Shown piece after piece: positions 25,893 through 40,372 of a stretch of DNA of 64,000 nt; within the stretch, counting starts at the first letter, position 1; every line of letters begins with the position of its first letter. Location of the stretch: contig OX597815.1 in NCBI GenBank assembly GCA_951406725.2, positions 65,348,001-65,412,000 on the forward strand, given 5' to 3'. The translations under genes were made by a program, and so were the position numbers. Origin of the DNA: Octopus vulgaris. Taxonomy: Eukaryota. The notes under the pieces are model-generated. The model worked only from the letters and a program-made list of their open reading frames with translations. It ran no database searches and was not told where the DNA came from.

Positions 25893-27048
25893 AAAGGATT
25901 ATGTAGAAATCATCCCCAAACAATAGTCAATGAAGAAATCTTTATGAGGTTGCTTGGATTGCTAGAGATAGCAGTCAAATCTCCTTCAAATTACAACCTC
26001 CCATCTTTAAAAAAGGACACACTGGATAAAGTAGTCTGGGGTATATTGTGTTAGAATAAAAGATGGAATGGTCATAACTAGAGTGGCTTTGATTATAGGT
26101 CTGTTCAATAAAAGCTGATTCTAGGAAATGAAGAACATTAATGCCAAACCACTTCCTGAAAACATTATTTTAGCCATCACTCAGTCCAGGACAGAAAAAA
26201 AAATGTACACAAAAATAGCAGTAGCCTCAATAAGGTCAGGAACTCCAAGTGTCTTTGCTAGGTTATAAACCACCAGAGACAACAGCAAATGTCAGGCTTC
26301 ACCCACCTTCACTGTGGTGACCTGCCAATTCTACAGGTGTACAGGAAGACTGAATAGAAGATGGAAAAAGTGATATAACCAAACTGCAATGCTGTACCCA
26401 TACAATTAAACCATTATATGCTGGAGTGTGATTTTCCCCTTTTTCTTTTTTCAAATTGTTTTAGACATCACAGCTACGGACATGCTGGGGCACAACTTTA
26501 GTGTGTTCTCTCAACAAAGTGAAAGTATGTCTGAAATAGGATTTGTGAAGCAATACCTAGTTGTTTGAGTGATTACCTATTTGTTATAAACTTGCTCAGT
26601 AAGGTTTGAAGGTGAGATAGTAGTAGAATGACGACAGAGATATAGGATTAAAGATGTCTAAAGAAGCTTGCTTCCTAACCATGTGGTCATGGGTTCAATC
26701 CCACAGTGCAGCACCTTGGGCAAATGTCTTTTACCTATTGCTCCAAGCCATCAAGGCTCATTCCTTGGTCTCCTTCTATTTATCACAATCTTACAGGCCA
26801 TCCACATAGGAGTTTGACTGGTTGTCCATGGAAAACTTCAATAGGCTAGTTCTCATAAGTAAATCTATAGTAGAACTAGGGAAGAAATTCCAGGCATGGA
26901 AACAAAACCTAGAATAAATAACCTTAATGAAAACTTAGTAGCAACTAAGGTGTTTGTATCAGTAGGATAGAAGACAGGACTCTGGTTGTCAATGGTCTTG
27001 CTAAATATTCAGAAAAGGAGTTGGTAGGAACTCTATATGTTGTACCTA

Positions 27049-27113
<65 letters not shown>

Positions 27114-28898
27114 GATAGATACACATACATATATATATATACACACACACACAAAAAAAAACACACACATATATAAATAGATATATGTGTATGTGATTAT
27201 GCTTGTGTTTGTACCCCGCCCCCACTGCTTTACAACCAGTGTTGGTTTGTTTACCTCTCTGTAACTTAGTAGTTTGGCAAAAAGAGACTAAGAGAATAAA
27301 ACAACTTTAAAAAAGTATGTGCTGGTGCCAACTTGCTCAACTAAACTCTTCAAGGCAGTTCCCTAGCATCATGCAGAACTAGACACTTTTCTCAACTTAG
27401 TTTCGTCTGTTTGTAACGGAGATTAAAGCACAATGAGGGCCAACTATACCTTTCATCTCCCTAAACTGAGATTAATTTTTCCTTTTATTTGTTGAGTCTG
27501 GAAGACGCAGCAGAGTCCATGGCACTTGCAGGTCATCCACGATTAGTGAGGTTGAGTACATTAATGTTATGTTTAAACTATTAGAGGTGAAACACTTGCA
27601 GAAAAGACATGAACATGGAAGAGATTCCAAAGGGATGATACTGTGGCTAGGAAGGAATTGGTGTAGTGGTTAGTGTGTAGCCTAGGGGCATTGCTCCCAA
27701 CAAGAGTGATGGAGTAAGTCAGGGGAGGGGGTTGAAGGGAGGGAGATGAGACCTATCAACTTTGAAGAACAGATATCATTATAATAGCAATAGGAGATAG
27801 CATGTCTATGGGTCAGAGGTATGAGTGTGTCTGTTAATGATTGAATAATATGATTGGTATATAATGATAGATGCAAGCATGGCTGTGTGGCTAAGAAGTT
27901 TACTTATTAATCACGTGATTTCAGGTTCTGTCCCACTGCACAGATACTTGGTCTAGTGTCTTGCTATAGCAGAAAATACTATAGCAAGGGAATGTTGCTG
28001 TAGCCTCTCACCAAACAAGGCATTCTGAGTGGATTTGGTAGGCAGAAACTTAAAAGAAACCCCTTGCATATTTCATCATCATCTTCCTTTTAAAGTCCAC
28101 TTCTCCAATAGAATTTTGTTGAGACAGATCTTCTACAGCCAGAGGCTTTTTCTGTTTCTGCTTTTCAAATGTTTCTAAGTCATGTATTTGCTTGTGCATG
28201 ATGTGTGTGCATGTGAGTGTGTGCATGTGTGTGTGTGTGTAATGTATATGTGCATCTGTGTGTGCAAATATGCGCATCTGTGTATGTGTGTGTGTACATG
28301 TGTATGTGTATCTGTGTGTGTATGTGTGTATGGAAGGGTGCATATGTTCATGTCTGTGTGATTGATTACATTTGCACCTGTTTATTTCAAAAGTTACAAT
28401 GCTGGAGTGGTGTTGTTGTTGGCACTTCACCAGTCAATAACATGTCCACTAGCTTTGTACCTTCAAAGCCAGGTAGAATTAGAGAATCCTTTCTTGAAAA
28501 CCATGTAGGAGTCAGCACCAGGAAAGGCATCCAGCTGTAAAACAATACTGCAATAACATATTCCTCTAACCCATGCTAGAATGGATAAAACAATTTACAA
28601 CAGAAGACTAAAGATCACATATTAACTGCAACCCATCTCCTTACAAAAGCTGACCTTGTTTGAAATGAAAGATTATTCAAGTTCTTTTGTCAGAAACTCA
28701 AGTCTGTTTCCATATCTTTTGCTGTTTCATTATTTTCAAAATCAGTGATGTAGTTGATATAGTATCTCAAGATATTATTGGTATCTAATTTAACAATAAA
28801 AAAAGGAAGATCAAAGCTACATCGACACTCAACTGGATTTCAAATATATAAAATGTATTTATACATTAGAAGGAGTATGTATACACTAGAGAGTGTAA

Positions 28899-28971
<73 letters not shown>

Positions 28972-28975
28972 TATG

Positions 28976-29006
<31 letters not shown>

Positions 29007-29111
29007 TGATAAAAATGGTAAGACAACAAAAGAATGAAAGAGACCTTGATATTATGTAAATAGAGGAATTTATCTGCAAATGTAATATGTGACAATTATT
29101 CAGTAGCCATA

Positions 29112-29170
29112 ATAAAACTCCGAGTTTCAGATGCCAAGGTGGAAATCCACACCGCCATCTCTTCAGTTAT
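29112..29170 (-). ncRNA. Type-I hammerhead ribozyme-like motif
   Basis: The minus strand reads ATAA-CTGAAGA-GATG...GTGGA tt TCCAC...CATC-T-GAA-ACTCGGAGT-T-TTAT. The core is intact apart from one extra U before G12. Confidence 0.62.
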
Positions 29171-30292
29171 CCGGCCATCGGAAAAATACTATGGAAAATG
29201 ACCGTTATACAAAGGGAAATTACTGTGCGATTGACCGTTATTAAGACAAAAGAGTTATTTGAATGACCGCTAAGTGAGGGGAGGGAGTAAAAGTAAGGGG
29301 GTAAAAAAGTTCATAGTATTAGTGTAAGCGCGCATGTTCATACCTACACATGCGCACTCACACACCTGTGTGCATGCACCTAAAAGTATACACTCATATT
29401 TAAAACTCTGGGTCCTTTTTGTATCACTATACCTATATATATATATATATATATACTCACACTAGACAGTGTGTGTGTATAATTCATTCAGTTTGATCAT
29501 TACTCTGTTTCCCTTTGTTTACAGTTGTTAGTCATTCAAGATTATTGATAAATGGTTATTGATATTCTGCTGTGTAAGTGTGTATATGTTTGTTTGTGTG
29601 TATGTGTGAGTGTATGCATGTGTTTGTGTCAATATATGTGTATAAGAATTTGTGTGTGTGATATGTCTCCTTTCACGACATCCCACAACAATTATAAATG
29701 AACACCGTGGTCATGCAAGTGGCATTTCTCATTTCCAATCTTCCATGAAAACATATCTGGTGATGGTGAAATATCACTTTACTTGGACGATGATGAGCTT
29801 CTTTCAGTTTCCATTACCAAATTCACTCACAAGACTTTGATCAGCTTAGGACTATAGTTGAAGTTACTAGCCCAAGGTGCTACAGTGGGACTGAAACCAA
29901 ACCTATGTGGTTCAGAGGCAAGCTTTTTCAGAATGAAACAACTGGACAAGAGTACTTAGCCAGCAAAGGCAAACACACACACACACACACACGAACACAT
30001 GCATGCACACATACATACACACATACATGCATGTATGCACACACACATGCACATGCACACACATATACACACAAACTTACACAAACATGCACACATACAA
30101 ATAGAAAGTGTGAGAGAGAGTGAGAGGGAGAAAGATATTACACTTTATTAATCGAATATGATTGATGTAAATACTTTGCTTCTCTTCATACCTTGAATCT
30201 ACAATGTCAAATAAGCAACACCAAAACAGCAATACAAAAACCTCTCAAAGCCAACTTCTTAACTCTGCTCCCACTATACCTACAATATTTAA

Positions 30293-30480
30293 CCCTTTAA
30301 CATTCAAATTGGCCATATCTGATTTATGTTGAAACCAGCCAGATCAAGTGTCTCACACCTGTTTAAAAGTAAACAGTCACATCACTGAAAACCTGAAGCT
30401 ATGAGACAATACATGATTACTTCAGAGCAAGGTAAATGAATAACCATTACATTTGACAGAGTAATTGGAATGATAAAGGG
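30293..30480. mobile_element. piggyBac-like MITE (TTAA TSD)
   Basis: TTAA-ccctttaacattc...aatgataaaggg-TTAA. Related copies at about 36650-36870 and 54813-55033. A second family (ttaacccttttgttacc...) at about 31412, 41489, 41651, 44354-44568 and 52660-52885. Confidence 0.75.
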
Positions 30481-33400
30481 TTAATACTTTTCAAACCTAA
30501 GAAATTTCCTTGTGAATTATTGCATGTCTTGTTATTGTTTAACTCCAGATTAGCCGTGACCGAGCAGGTCTATATTTAAAGACCTTCAGCCTTGACCGTC
30601 TTGGCTTTTATTCAAACACAGTATATCAGTCAAGGAGTACTCATTATCAAACGTTTTTTTTTGTTCTTTTTCTTGAAAAGAGACTATAGGATTTGATTTA
30701 AAGGAGATCTATCAGTTATTTCTAGCAGGTTGAGGGACGGCATAGAAGTTTCCTGTTGTGTTTAATACATATGCATGTTGAGGACATGGAGGCCTTGGTG
30801 GCTATGTATCTAAATATATGAGTTAGCAATATTTTATATGATTTAACTTTTGTATGTCTACATTCGGGTAGTACTTCTATAAAAGGTGTTAGAAATGCTT
30901 TATGGTTTAATGCTATGTATTGGAAGTAATTAGTTTTCCATGTGTGACACAGGGGTGGCAGTGAACTAGTTATTGTAGTTGTCATGGCCATGATTACAGT
31001 AGTAGTAGTAGTAGTAGTAGTAGTGGCGGCGGCGGCGGTGGTGGTGGCGGCGGCGGTGGCGGCGGCGGCGGTGGCGGCGGTGGTGGTGGTGGTGGTGGTG
31101 GTGGTGGAGGAGGTGGTGTTTGTGGTGTGATGTCTGGTGATTTAATGGGTGTGACCAATATAGTCATTGTTAACTATCACACCAGGCATTTATAAACAAG
31201 TTTCTGTTGGCAGCTTATCTTGTCAAAAAATATTGTTGCTGCTGTTGCTGCAAGCAGACCTATGATCAAAGGCTTTCCATCCATGACCGTCCTGTCTTTT
31301 TAATGATACTCAGTATGCTACTCATTTTCGTATCAAGATTTCTATTGAAATACACAGCTTTTGAAAATATCAAAGATTTTAGATGAAATTTTATTTTTAA
31401 TGTAGACCACTTTAACCCCTTTGTTACCATATTTCTGTTAAAATTCACTGCCTTTGTTTCAATTTATTTTGAAATTAATGAAGAATTTAGGTAGTGATGA
31501 GTGTATTAAAAGAGTGTGATTTTTTTCTTAGAAATCAAATAAATAATATAGCAATATTTGTATCCTTAACATATTTTCAAAAAATTTTGGTCAAGATTAA
31601 AATATATCTGAAACAGTGCTATCAGTGAGCAGAAACATCACCGATGATGTGCCAAGTGCCAATATAATCTTGGTATATAAGGACTGCATTGGTAGATAAG
31701 AAGGAGGAGGAGGAAAATGAGAAGGAGGAGAAGGAAGAGGATATTCTTCAATAATTTCTATAAAAATTTAATGTAAGGCGGGACACTGAGTCATGAAAGG
31801 CTGAGAATCGCTGCTATGTCTTAAATCATCATCATCATCACTGTTGAATGTCCATGTTTGCATAAGTCAGATGAATTCCTTGAGGCAAACTTTTGATGAT
31901 TTCTAGCCTTGCTTTCACCAACCTTCACCTATTTCTAAATAAGGTAATGATTCCCCTTGGCCATATTTTATTCCATGAAAGACCAGAAACAAACAACCTC
32001 ACTTGGATGATGGTGAGGTTTGCTTATAACCATTTGATGTCAAGACAATGGCACACACAAACACACATACACAAATATGCACACACACATATACACACAC
32101 ACACACACAAATGTGCACACATACACACAAACACAAATATGCACATGCACACACACACACACACAAAAGTGTGCATGCATACTCACACACACACAAACAC
32201 ACACAAATGTGCACACATGCACACATACATATATGCATGTGCATGCATACAGACATTCACAAACACATATTTGACAAGCTTCTTTCAATAGGTCTATCAA
32301 ATATAACCACAAGGCTTTGCTTAGTTTGGAGCAATAGTAGAAGACACTTGCCCAAGGTGCAGAACAGTGGAACTGATTCCGGACCACATGATTTCAAAAC
32401 AAACTTCTTAACCTTCCAGCTACACCTGTGTCCTTTTTTTTCTGTTTGTAGCTTTTACCCTCACTTTTCTCAATACATTTCACATGTGAATGTTGTTTTC
32501 TAGTATTGGTTTAAGCATGAATATTATTTAGCAGTTTTCATTGTCAGTATAATTGTGTAATTAATTAAAATTGTGGCTTTTTTCTATCATTGCAAGTGTC
32601 CTGGATGTTAAAAACCACAAACTATTTTTAGTTTCAACGGAACACCAATGATATTGCTGCTTTCATTGTCTTTATTTTCATTGGTTTGTTTGATTTCATC
32701 AAATAGTAAGGCTCCATATACAAGCATTTGTATTACCAAACTACAATAACGATAATACAATAACAACAACAATTACAATAACAACAAACCATTAAAAATC
32801 TCATTAACAATTCTGTGTCTTTGATGTGTAAATTTAGATGAATTACTCAGCTAAATTAAGTATTGTACACTGAAGTAAGCTGTGTGACAGTGGAAGGCAG
32901 TCATGGCATTGGGAGACTAAGACATATGTATATAGATACATGGTGTTAGGATGGTCCTTAAAAGGGAAGAGTTCTGGTGACTTGGGAAGGGTTTTTTTAC
33001 TTTGTTTTTACTAGTGTGGCTGTGTGGTTAAGAGGTTTGTTTCCCAATCATGTGGTTTTCTGTTCAATATCCATTGCATGGCACCTTGGATGAGTGTTTT
33101 CTGCTATAGCCCTAGGCTAACCAAAACCTTGTGAGTGGGGTTTAGTAGAGAGGAAACTGAAACAAGCCTATCATATATGTATATTTCTTTACTACCCACA
33201 AGGGGCTAAACACAGAGGGGACAAACAAGGACAGCCTATCATATATGTATGCATGTGTGTGAGTGTGTGTATTTGTGTCACCTTATCTTGATGTCACATG
33301 TTAGTTGTAAACATGTGCCACCATGATACAAGCAATATTCTGCAATAATATGTCTGACTATTGGGAAATATTAATTTGCTAGGAAGAAGGTGGGCAGCAG

Positions 33401-33724
33401 CAAAGAGCACCCAGCTGTAGAAAATCTGCCTGAAATTAAACTACATTCAACCCATGGAAACAAGGAAAAGTGATGATGCTGATGATGATGATCGTGGTGG
33501 TGGTGGTGGTGGGGAGGATAGGGCCTTAAGACATCTTCTAAGCACTTTCATTGTTGAGTTTCACATTCCTTCTGGAATGTGAAACATATATCAGTATAAT
33601 GAGCATAAAGGAGTTATTACGACTTATAGGATGTGTAGTGGGAGGAGTGCTGACTTTTTCCTGTTTTACCCCTTTTTGTTGACTGTTTGAATAGATGCAT
33701 ACACACACCATTTAAGGTGCATCA

Positions 33725-33770
<46 letters not shown>

Positions 33771-33876
33771 GAAAAAATCAAAACCAAGGTAGAACAAGTA
33801 TCTCAAGCCATTTAGTATAATTTAATTAGGATAAGGTGAATTTGAAGTCTTACAGCCGTTTCTGGTGACTAAAACC

Positions 33877-33926
<50 letters not shown>

Positions 33927-34175
33927 ATATATATAATATATATTCTTTTATCCTTTTACTTGTTTCAGTCATTTGAGTACGGCCATGCAGGAGCACCGCC
34001 TTAAAGGATGTTAGTTGAAGAAATCAACCCCAGGACTTATTCTTTGTAAGCCTAGTACTTATTCTATCGGTATCTTTTGCTGAACCGCTAAGTTACGGGG
34101 ACATAAACACACCAGCATCGGTTGTCAAGAGATGGTGGGAGGACAAGCACACACACACACATACACACACACACA

Positions 34176-34213
<38 letters not shown>

Positions 34214-34622
34214 CACAAATATAAAATATATATACATGCAACAGGCTTCTTCCAGTTTCCATCTACTAAATCCACTCACAAGGCTTTGGTCGGTCTGAGG
34301 CTATAGTAGAAGACACTTACCCAAGGTGTGACACAGTGGGACTGAACCCAGAACCATATGGTTGGTAAGTAAGCTACTTACCACACGGTCATATTATACA
34401 TCATTTAGTCAGGGAAATACCTCAGTAACACACACGATTGAAGCATGGTACAGGGAAGTGGACATCGTTTAATGAGAGCAGCTTAATTATTCCTGTCTAA
34501 TTAATATTTATGATGTGAATTATTGTTGGCAGAGAGGAAGAAGAAGTAACTTTACTCTGGCAGCTGTGTATGTGCATTTGGACATAAGTATGTGTGTGTG
34601 TTTGAGTGTGAATGTGTGTGTG

Positions 34623-34682
<60 letters not shown>

Positions 34683-34723
34683 ACACACACTGACACACAC
34701 ACAAATATGTAGATCTCTCTCGA

Positions 34724-34773
<50 letters not shown>

Positions 34774-34807
34774 ATGAATAAACAATTATGTATTATGTAT
34801 GGATATA

Positions 34808-34884
34808 CAGGGTCTTAATAAATTACTTTTACAATATCAAGTGTAAAAGTATAAAAGTTGTAAAAATAATTTATGGACACCCTG
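34808..34884. mobile_element. About 77-bp palindromic mariner-type mini-MITE
   Basis: TA-cagggtcttaataaatta...taatttatggacaccctg-TA. Confidence 0.7.
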
Positions 34885-34888
34885 TATG

Positions 34889-34942
<54 letters not shown>

Positions 34943-35503
34943 TCTCTCTCTCTCTCTTTCTCTCTCTCTCTATATATATGCATATATATATATATATATA
35001 TATATACATACATATATGTAGGTATAAATATATAGTTGATTGTCTGTGTGTATATATATATGAACAAGAACTTAACTAAAACAGGCCTCCTCTACACAAT
35101 GGTATTTATAGTCAACTTTTTGGTATTCTGAACACATACACATGCGTATGTGTATATATATACACATATATATACATACATACATATATATATACATAGA
35201 TATATACATACATGTATATTTATATATGTATACATACACATATATATGTATATATATACATATACATATATACATACACACACACACACATATATATATG
35301 TATATACATACATATACATATACATACACACATACACATACATATATATATACATATTCATAAATAAACAATAAATCCGTCCTAGTTATTGATTCAGGTA
35401 AACAGTGGTGTATACAGTAGTGTATATAGCGTCACCATTGCAGAACACCCGCCATCAACAGAAAGAGAGGACTAGAGAGAGAGAGAGAGAGAGAAAGAAA
35501 ATG

Positions 35504-35547
<44 letters not shown>

Positions 35548-36084
35548 AGAGAGAGAGAGACTTTACCAGAAACAACAGCCCCATATCTCACATCAACAAA
35601 CTGGTTTTTCTACTAACAACAACAACTACTTTTTGCACTTGGTTTTTTACTTTTATTCAGTTTTTTTTTTTTTGTCATTTATTTATTAGTTGGTTTTGTT
35701 TTATTTTTTTCTTATAGGAAGGCTTTTTTATCTGTTTTAATATATTTTATTGCTTGAAATTTCCTACATGTTTTTTATTATTATTTTGCTTTATGTCTTT
35801 ATTTATTCATAGATTTATATGTTTTTATGGATTTATTTGCTTTTTGTTTATTTATTTATTGCGTGTTTTTTTTTAGCTGTTTTCTTTCTTTTCTGCTGAC
35901 ACTCTTGATTTTTGAGCATGTGCAACATACTTTTCTGTGTGTGAGAGTGAGTGGTCTATGTGTATGTGGTATATGCATGTATGTGTGTGTGTGTGTGCAT
36001 GTGCATGCATGTGTGTGTGAGTGTGAGTGTATGTCTGTGTGTGTGTGAGTGCGTGTGTGTGCATGCATGTGTGTGTGTGTGTGT

Positions 36085-36135
<51 letters not shown>

Positions 36136-37358
36136 TATTTATGGTTTGTGTAGTGTCTGTGTGCATGCTTTTGCATGCAATAACTTAAAAATCCTCATAT
36201 TTCTACAAAGACATGGGCTGCGGTAAAGAGAGAGACTCAATGATAGAGAGAAAGTGAAAGAAAGGGAAAGGGAGTGAGCAAGAGAGAGACTAAATAATAG
36301 CAGGAGAGAAAGAGAGAGAGAGAGAGTAAACCGGTCCTTTATTATTCGGGCAACCCACTGCTGACATAGATACCTTTTAATTCTGGTAGATAACCACATT
36401 TATTGTTTATAATAGAGACAGAGATATTATATAATTGTTTATAGAGAAAAAAAAGAGAGAGTGACTAACTAATATAATATAAAGAGACTAGAGATAGAGA
36501 GATGCTTAATAAGAGTGAAGCAGTGGCTAAATAGAGAGAGAGAGAAAAAAGGCGAAGGACTGGGGAAGTCCTTTATTATTGTGATGTCCTATTGCTATGA
36601 TACATAAATAAGTTTTAGTTCCAGTATAAAGTGAAACAAATTGTCTAATACTTTAGCATTCAAACCAGCCATATTAGAGCAAAATATTGTACCTGTTTTA
36701 TATTCAAAGTGGCCAAATCTGGCATCTCACACTTATCCGATTATGTCGTTCTAAAAATAAACAATCACATCATTGAAATCTTGAAGCTACAAGATATGCA
36801 TGATTAATTGAAAACTATGTGAATAAATAAGCATTACATTTGAAAGAATTAGGTGAATGCTAAAAGGTTAAAAAAATACATTTATGTTTTTATTTGTGAG
36901 GAACAATGTTGATCATCTAAATTAATAAAAGATCTATTTTACTTTAGTCTAATGAACCATGTGACAAAAACTGTTATTAAAAAATCACCCATCCAGAATT
37001 ACAGCCACACCATGTCATCAAATTCTTGGTGGTATTATTGGGATCACTAGACTTGGTAGAGCCTGTCCCCTCTCCGGGTCTGACCACAGATGATTTACTC
37101 TTCCAGAAAGGGAGAGAAAGTCAGAGAGACAGAAAGAAAGGATTAGAAAAAGAGAGACAGAAAAAGAAAGAAAGGATTAGAAAAAGAGAGATAGAAAAAG
37201 AAAGAAAGGATTAAAGAAAGAGAATTGATTCCCAGTACTGGACTGGTATTTTATTGAGAGATAATATTTATCCCTACTTAAACAGTTTGTTCTGTTAGAG
37301 CAAACTGTACTGTAGTAGATACCACAAGAGGAACTCTCATATTGGCCTTTGATACAAA

Positions 37359-37556
37359 ATGCATTCTTGTTTATGTTGCAAGCAGGGAGATAAATCCTTG
37401 CCATCACCAGCGCGGAGACCACCAGATTTCGTGATTTCAACCTTCTTTAGTCTCATCAATGATAGATGCTTGACTGCTAGAGATAGCAGTAACTCATCTT
37501 TCTGCCAACAATATATAGAAAAACAGTGCCAAAACAGCTGCTGGTGTTGCAATTAG
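37359..37556 (+). CDS. Candidate 65-aa Cys-rich small protein (unverified)
   Basis: Non-repetitive island with aaaATG start and an upstream acceptor-like tttgttctgttag. Protein MHSCLCCK...CQNSCWCCN; no recognised family. Confidence 0.2.
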   Translation: MHSCLCCKQGDKSLPSPARRPPDFVISTFFSLINDRCLTARDSSNSSFCQQYIEKQCQNSCWCCN

Positions 37557-37928
37557 CCAGTGAGCTTGTTAAAAGATATATTGACCTCAAAAGAATTAAC
37601 TCAAGTGCAGAGAGTTATAATGATTACTTCAAAACAATCAATCTGACACTCTAATGACTCTGCCAATTGAATAATAGCAACAATAACTGAAGAAAGAAGT
37701 CAACTGCAAAATGGTTTGGAACTGGGAAAATGAACTTGTAAAGGAATATCCAACCAAAGAACAATATGTATATTATATTATTTAGTCTCTCTCTCTTTGT
37801 CTCTATCAACAATTATATAGTATCTCCCTCTTTATTACAAACAATTAATGTGGTTATTTACCAGAACTAAAAGGTATCTATATTAGCAGTAGGTTACCCA
37901 AATAATAAAGGACTGGCTTTAGTCTCTC

Positions 37929-37979
<51 letters not shown>

Positions 37980-38372
37980 TCCTCTAACGTTTATTCTTTC
38001 TTTCTTTCTTTCTGGTGTTGAATTTGTTTTACATCCTTTTTATGTAGATAAAATAAGTACCCGCCAAGCACTGGGGTTGATGTAATCACCTTGTCCCACC
38101 CATAAAATTTCAAGCCTTGTGCCTATATCAAAAATAACTATTATTAAGGCAGCAAGCTAGTAAAATCATTAACGCATTAGAAAAATTCTTTGTGATATTT
38201 GTTTTGATTTTTTTATATTCTGAATTCAAGTTTTACTGGAGCCAACTTTGCCTTTTGTCCTTCCAAGATTGATAAAATAAAGTACCAACCAAGAACTGAG
38301 ATTGAAGCAATCAATTGGCCCTTTTCTTCAAATTTCAAGCCATGTGTGCCTGTATTAGAAATAATAATAATG

Positions 38373-38407
<35 letters not shown>

Positions 38408-38669
38408 CATCATCATCATCATCATTATCCTCTTCTTTCAGTTTTATTTCCATTTCTTGCCATCCCGACACATAGGGCAAAGAAACTCACTGTATACATT
38501 GGTAGGTCATTAAAATAAACACAGCAGATGGCTCATTTACAAAGTCATGTGATAGAAAAAAGGGAAGAAAAAAGAAAAAGGGAAGAGGAAGAAAATTTTT
38601 AAATAGGAAAAAGAAATGAAAAAAAACAAAGAAAAAAGGAGGAAAAAGGAAAGAAAATTCACAGCAACA

Positions 38670-39595
38670 ATGCTTTTCTCAATATGTGTGACATACAATC
38701 TTTTGCACTTCTAGCATGGATGGTAAGCTAGGGGTCATCTCCAAATAGTTTTCAGTTCCTGTTTTGATCATCCCAAGTGCTCCTACAATCACTGGTACTG
38801 TAACTGTTTTGGGATGCCACATTTTTTCGATTTCAATCAACAAATCTTTATATTTTCTGAGCTTATCAAATTCTTTTGCCGAGATATGATCACAAGGTAT
38901 GCTCATGTCAATCAGTAGACTTTATTGTTTTGGTCTTTCACAACAATATCTGGTTTATTAGCTTTGATGGTCTGGTCTGTATATACTGGAAAGTCCCAAA
39001 GAATCGTTATATTTTCTCCCTCAGTAACAGCCCCAGGGTGGTGCTTGTACTATTTGTCAGCAGTTTTAATTTTATAATACTAACATATTAACCAGTGTAG
39101 ATATTGGTCAATTCTGTCATGTCTTGATTTATACTCTATAGGTGCTAAAACTTTACACCCAGAAATTAGGTGGTCCACTGTTTTAATCTCATTGTTGCAC
39201 TATTGGCACTTTGGGTTGGTTTTTCATCACATTGGCTTGGTAGTTACAGGTTGAAAAGCTCTGATCTTGAGCAGCTAAGATAAAGTGTTTGCTTTCTACC
39301 GATAGCCCTGAGCTCCTTAGCCACTGATAATTGTGCTTCTTGGTCTACATCAGCTTGTTTGCTATGTGCCACACCTTTGCCATGCAGAGGTTTTTGCTCC
39401 TTCCTATCAACCAATTGTTCAAACACTTTTTCCTTTGCCATTGATTTCACTTTCTTTGCAACAATAGTTGCTGTACTTCCATCATGCTGTTCAACCTGGG
39501 TATTATGCATGAACTCACTAGCAAATCTTTTGCTCTCCTTCATGACAGAATGAAGCTTCTTACATCTCTTGTGGTTTTCAACGAGTTTTAGCAGC
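38670..39595 (-). mobile_element. R4/Dong-like non-LTR retrotransposon C-terminal fragment (restriction-like endonuclease)
   Basis: CCHC knuckle (KCQ*CNNEIKTVDHLISGC...RHD), then TIKANKPDIVVKD and KLRKYKDLLIEIEKMW...VPVIVGALG. Adjacent to (TAT)n. Confidence 0.85.
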
Positions 39596-40170
39596 TATAT
39601 TATTATTATTATTATTGAGTGAGAGTGCAGGACATGCCATCAAAGTGACACTGGAGTACGAATATATGAAGCCCAATATACCCATCATGAATACCCATCT
39701 GATAAGGGTACAGCAGGCATACACATTACAACCATATGTGTGCAACATGGTAACTCTATATCAAGATAAACAGTGCATGACCCTGCAGGTGGGGGCCTAG
39801 TTAGAATTTTCTTCAGATCAAGTAGCCCATCCTGCTCAAAAGGTCCCTGAATAAAATTTGTTTAAAGATGATGAACAAAACACCCATGTTTCAAGGGGTG
39901 AATTATTCAAACACCAGAGAATTCCTCTTGACACATGGCTATGATGCTTCCTCACTACTTCTGCTAGTAATCAGAGACGCACATGTTGTCAGCAACTAAG
40001 AGACATGCTCAACTGGTTAGGGTCGTGCTGACAAGCAAATCTGTGGTATTGAGCAGAATATTTGCTGTAACCCATCTTTTAAACCAAGACAAAACATGTA
40101 CATGATAACACTTCCAATCAGTTAAGATCAGATGCCATGAGAGCCAGTGCCTGGTACTGCATCAGGGCAT

Positions 40171-40214
40171 TTATTATTGCTGTTATTATTATTATCATTA
40201 TTATTATTGCCATA

Positions 40215-40276
<62 letters not shown>

Positions 40277-40286
40277 CATCATGATT

Positions 40287-40348
<62 letters not shown>

Positions 40349-40372
40349 CATCATCATGATTATTATTATTAC
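40171..40372. repeat. Long (ATT)n microsatellite, representative of many (TA)n, (CA)n, (TACA)n, (CAT)n, (GTT/GCT)n and (GGT/GGC)n tracts
   Basis: Seen directly. Others include 836-892, 17578-17653, 18119-18178, 18703-18828, 30998-31118 and 50185-50292. Confidence 0.98.

Noticed and set aside
30998-31118. GC-rich (GTA)(GGC)(GGT) tract as a CpG island or poly-Gly/Pro exon
   Set aside because: A compound microsatellite with no flanking coding signal.
35372-35480. Short unique CpG-containing stretch as a possible promoter or 5' exon
   Set aside because: Too short, with no diagnostic motif to support a call.
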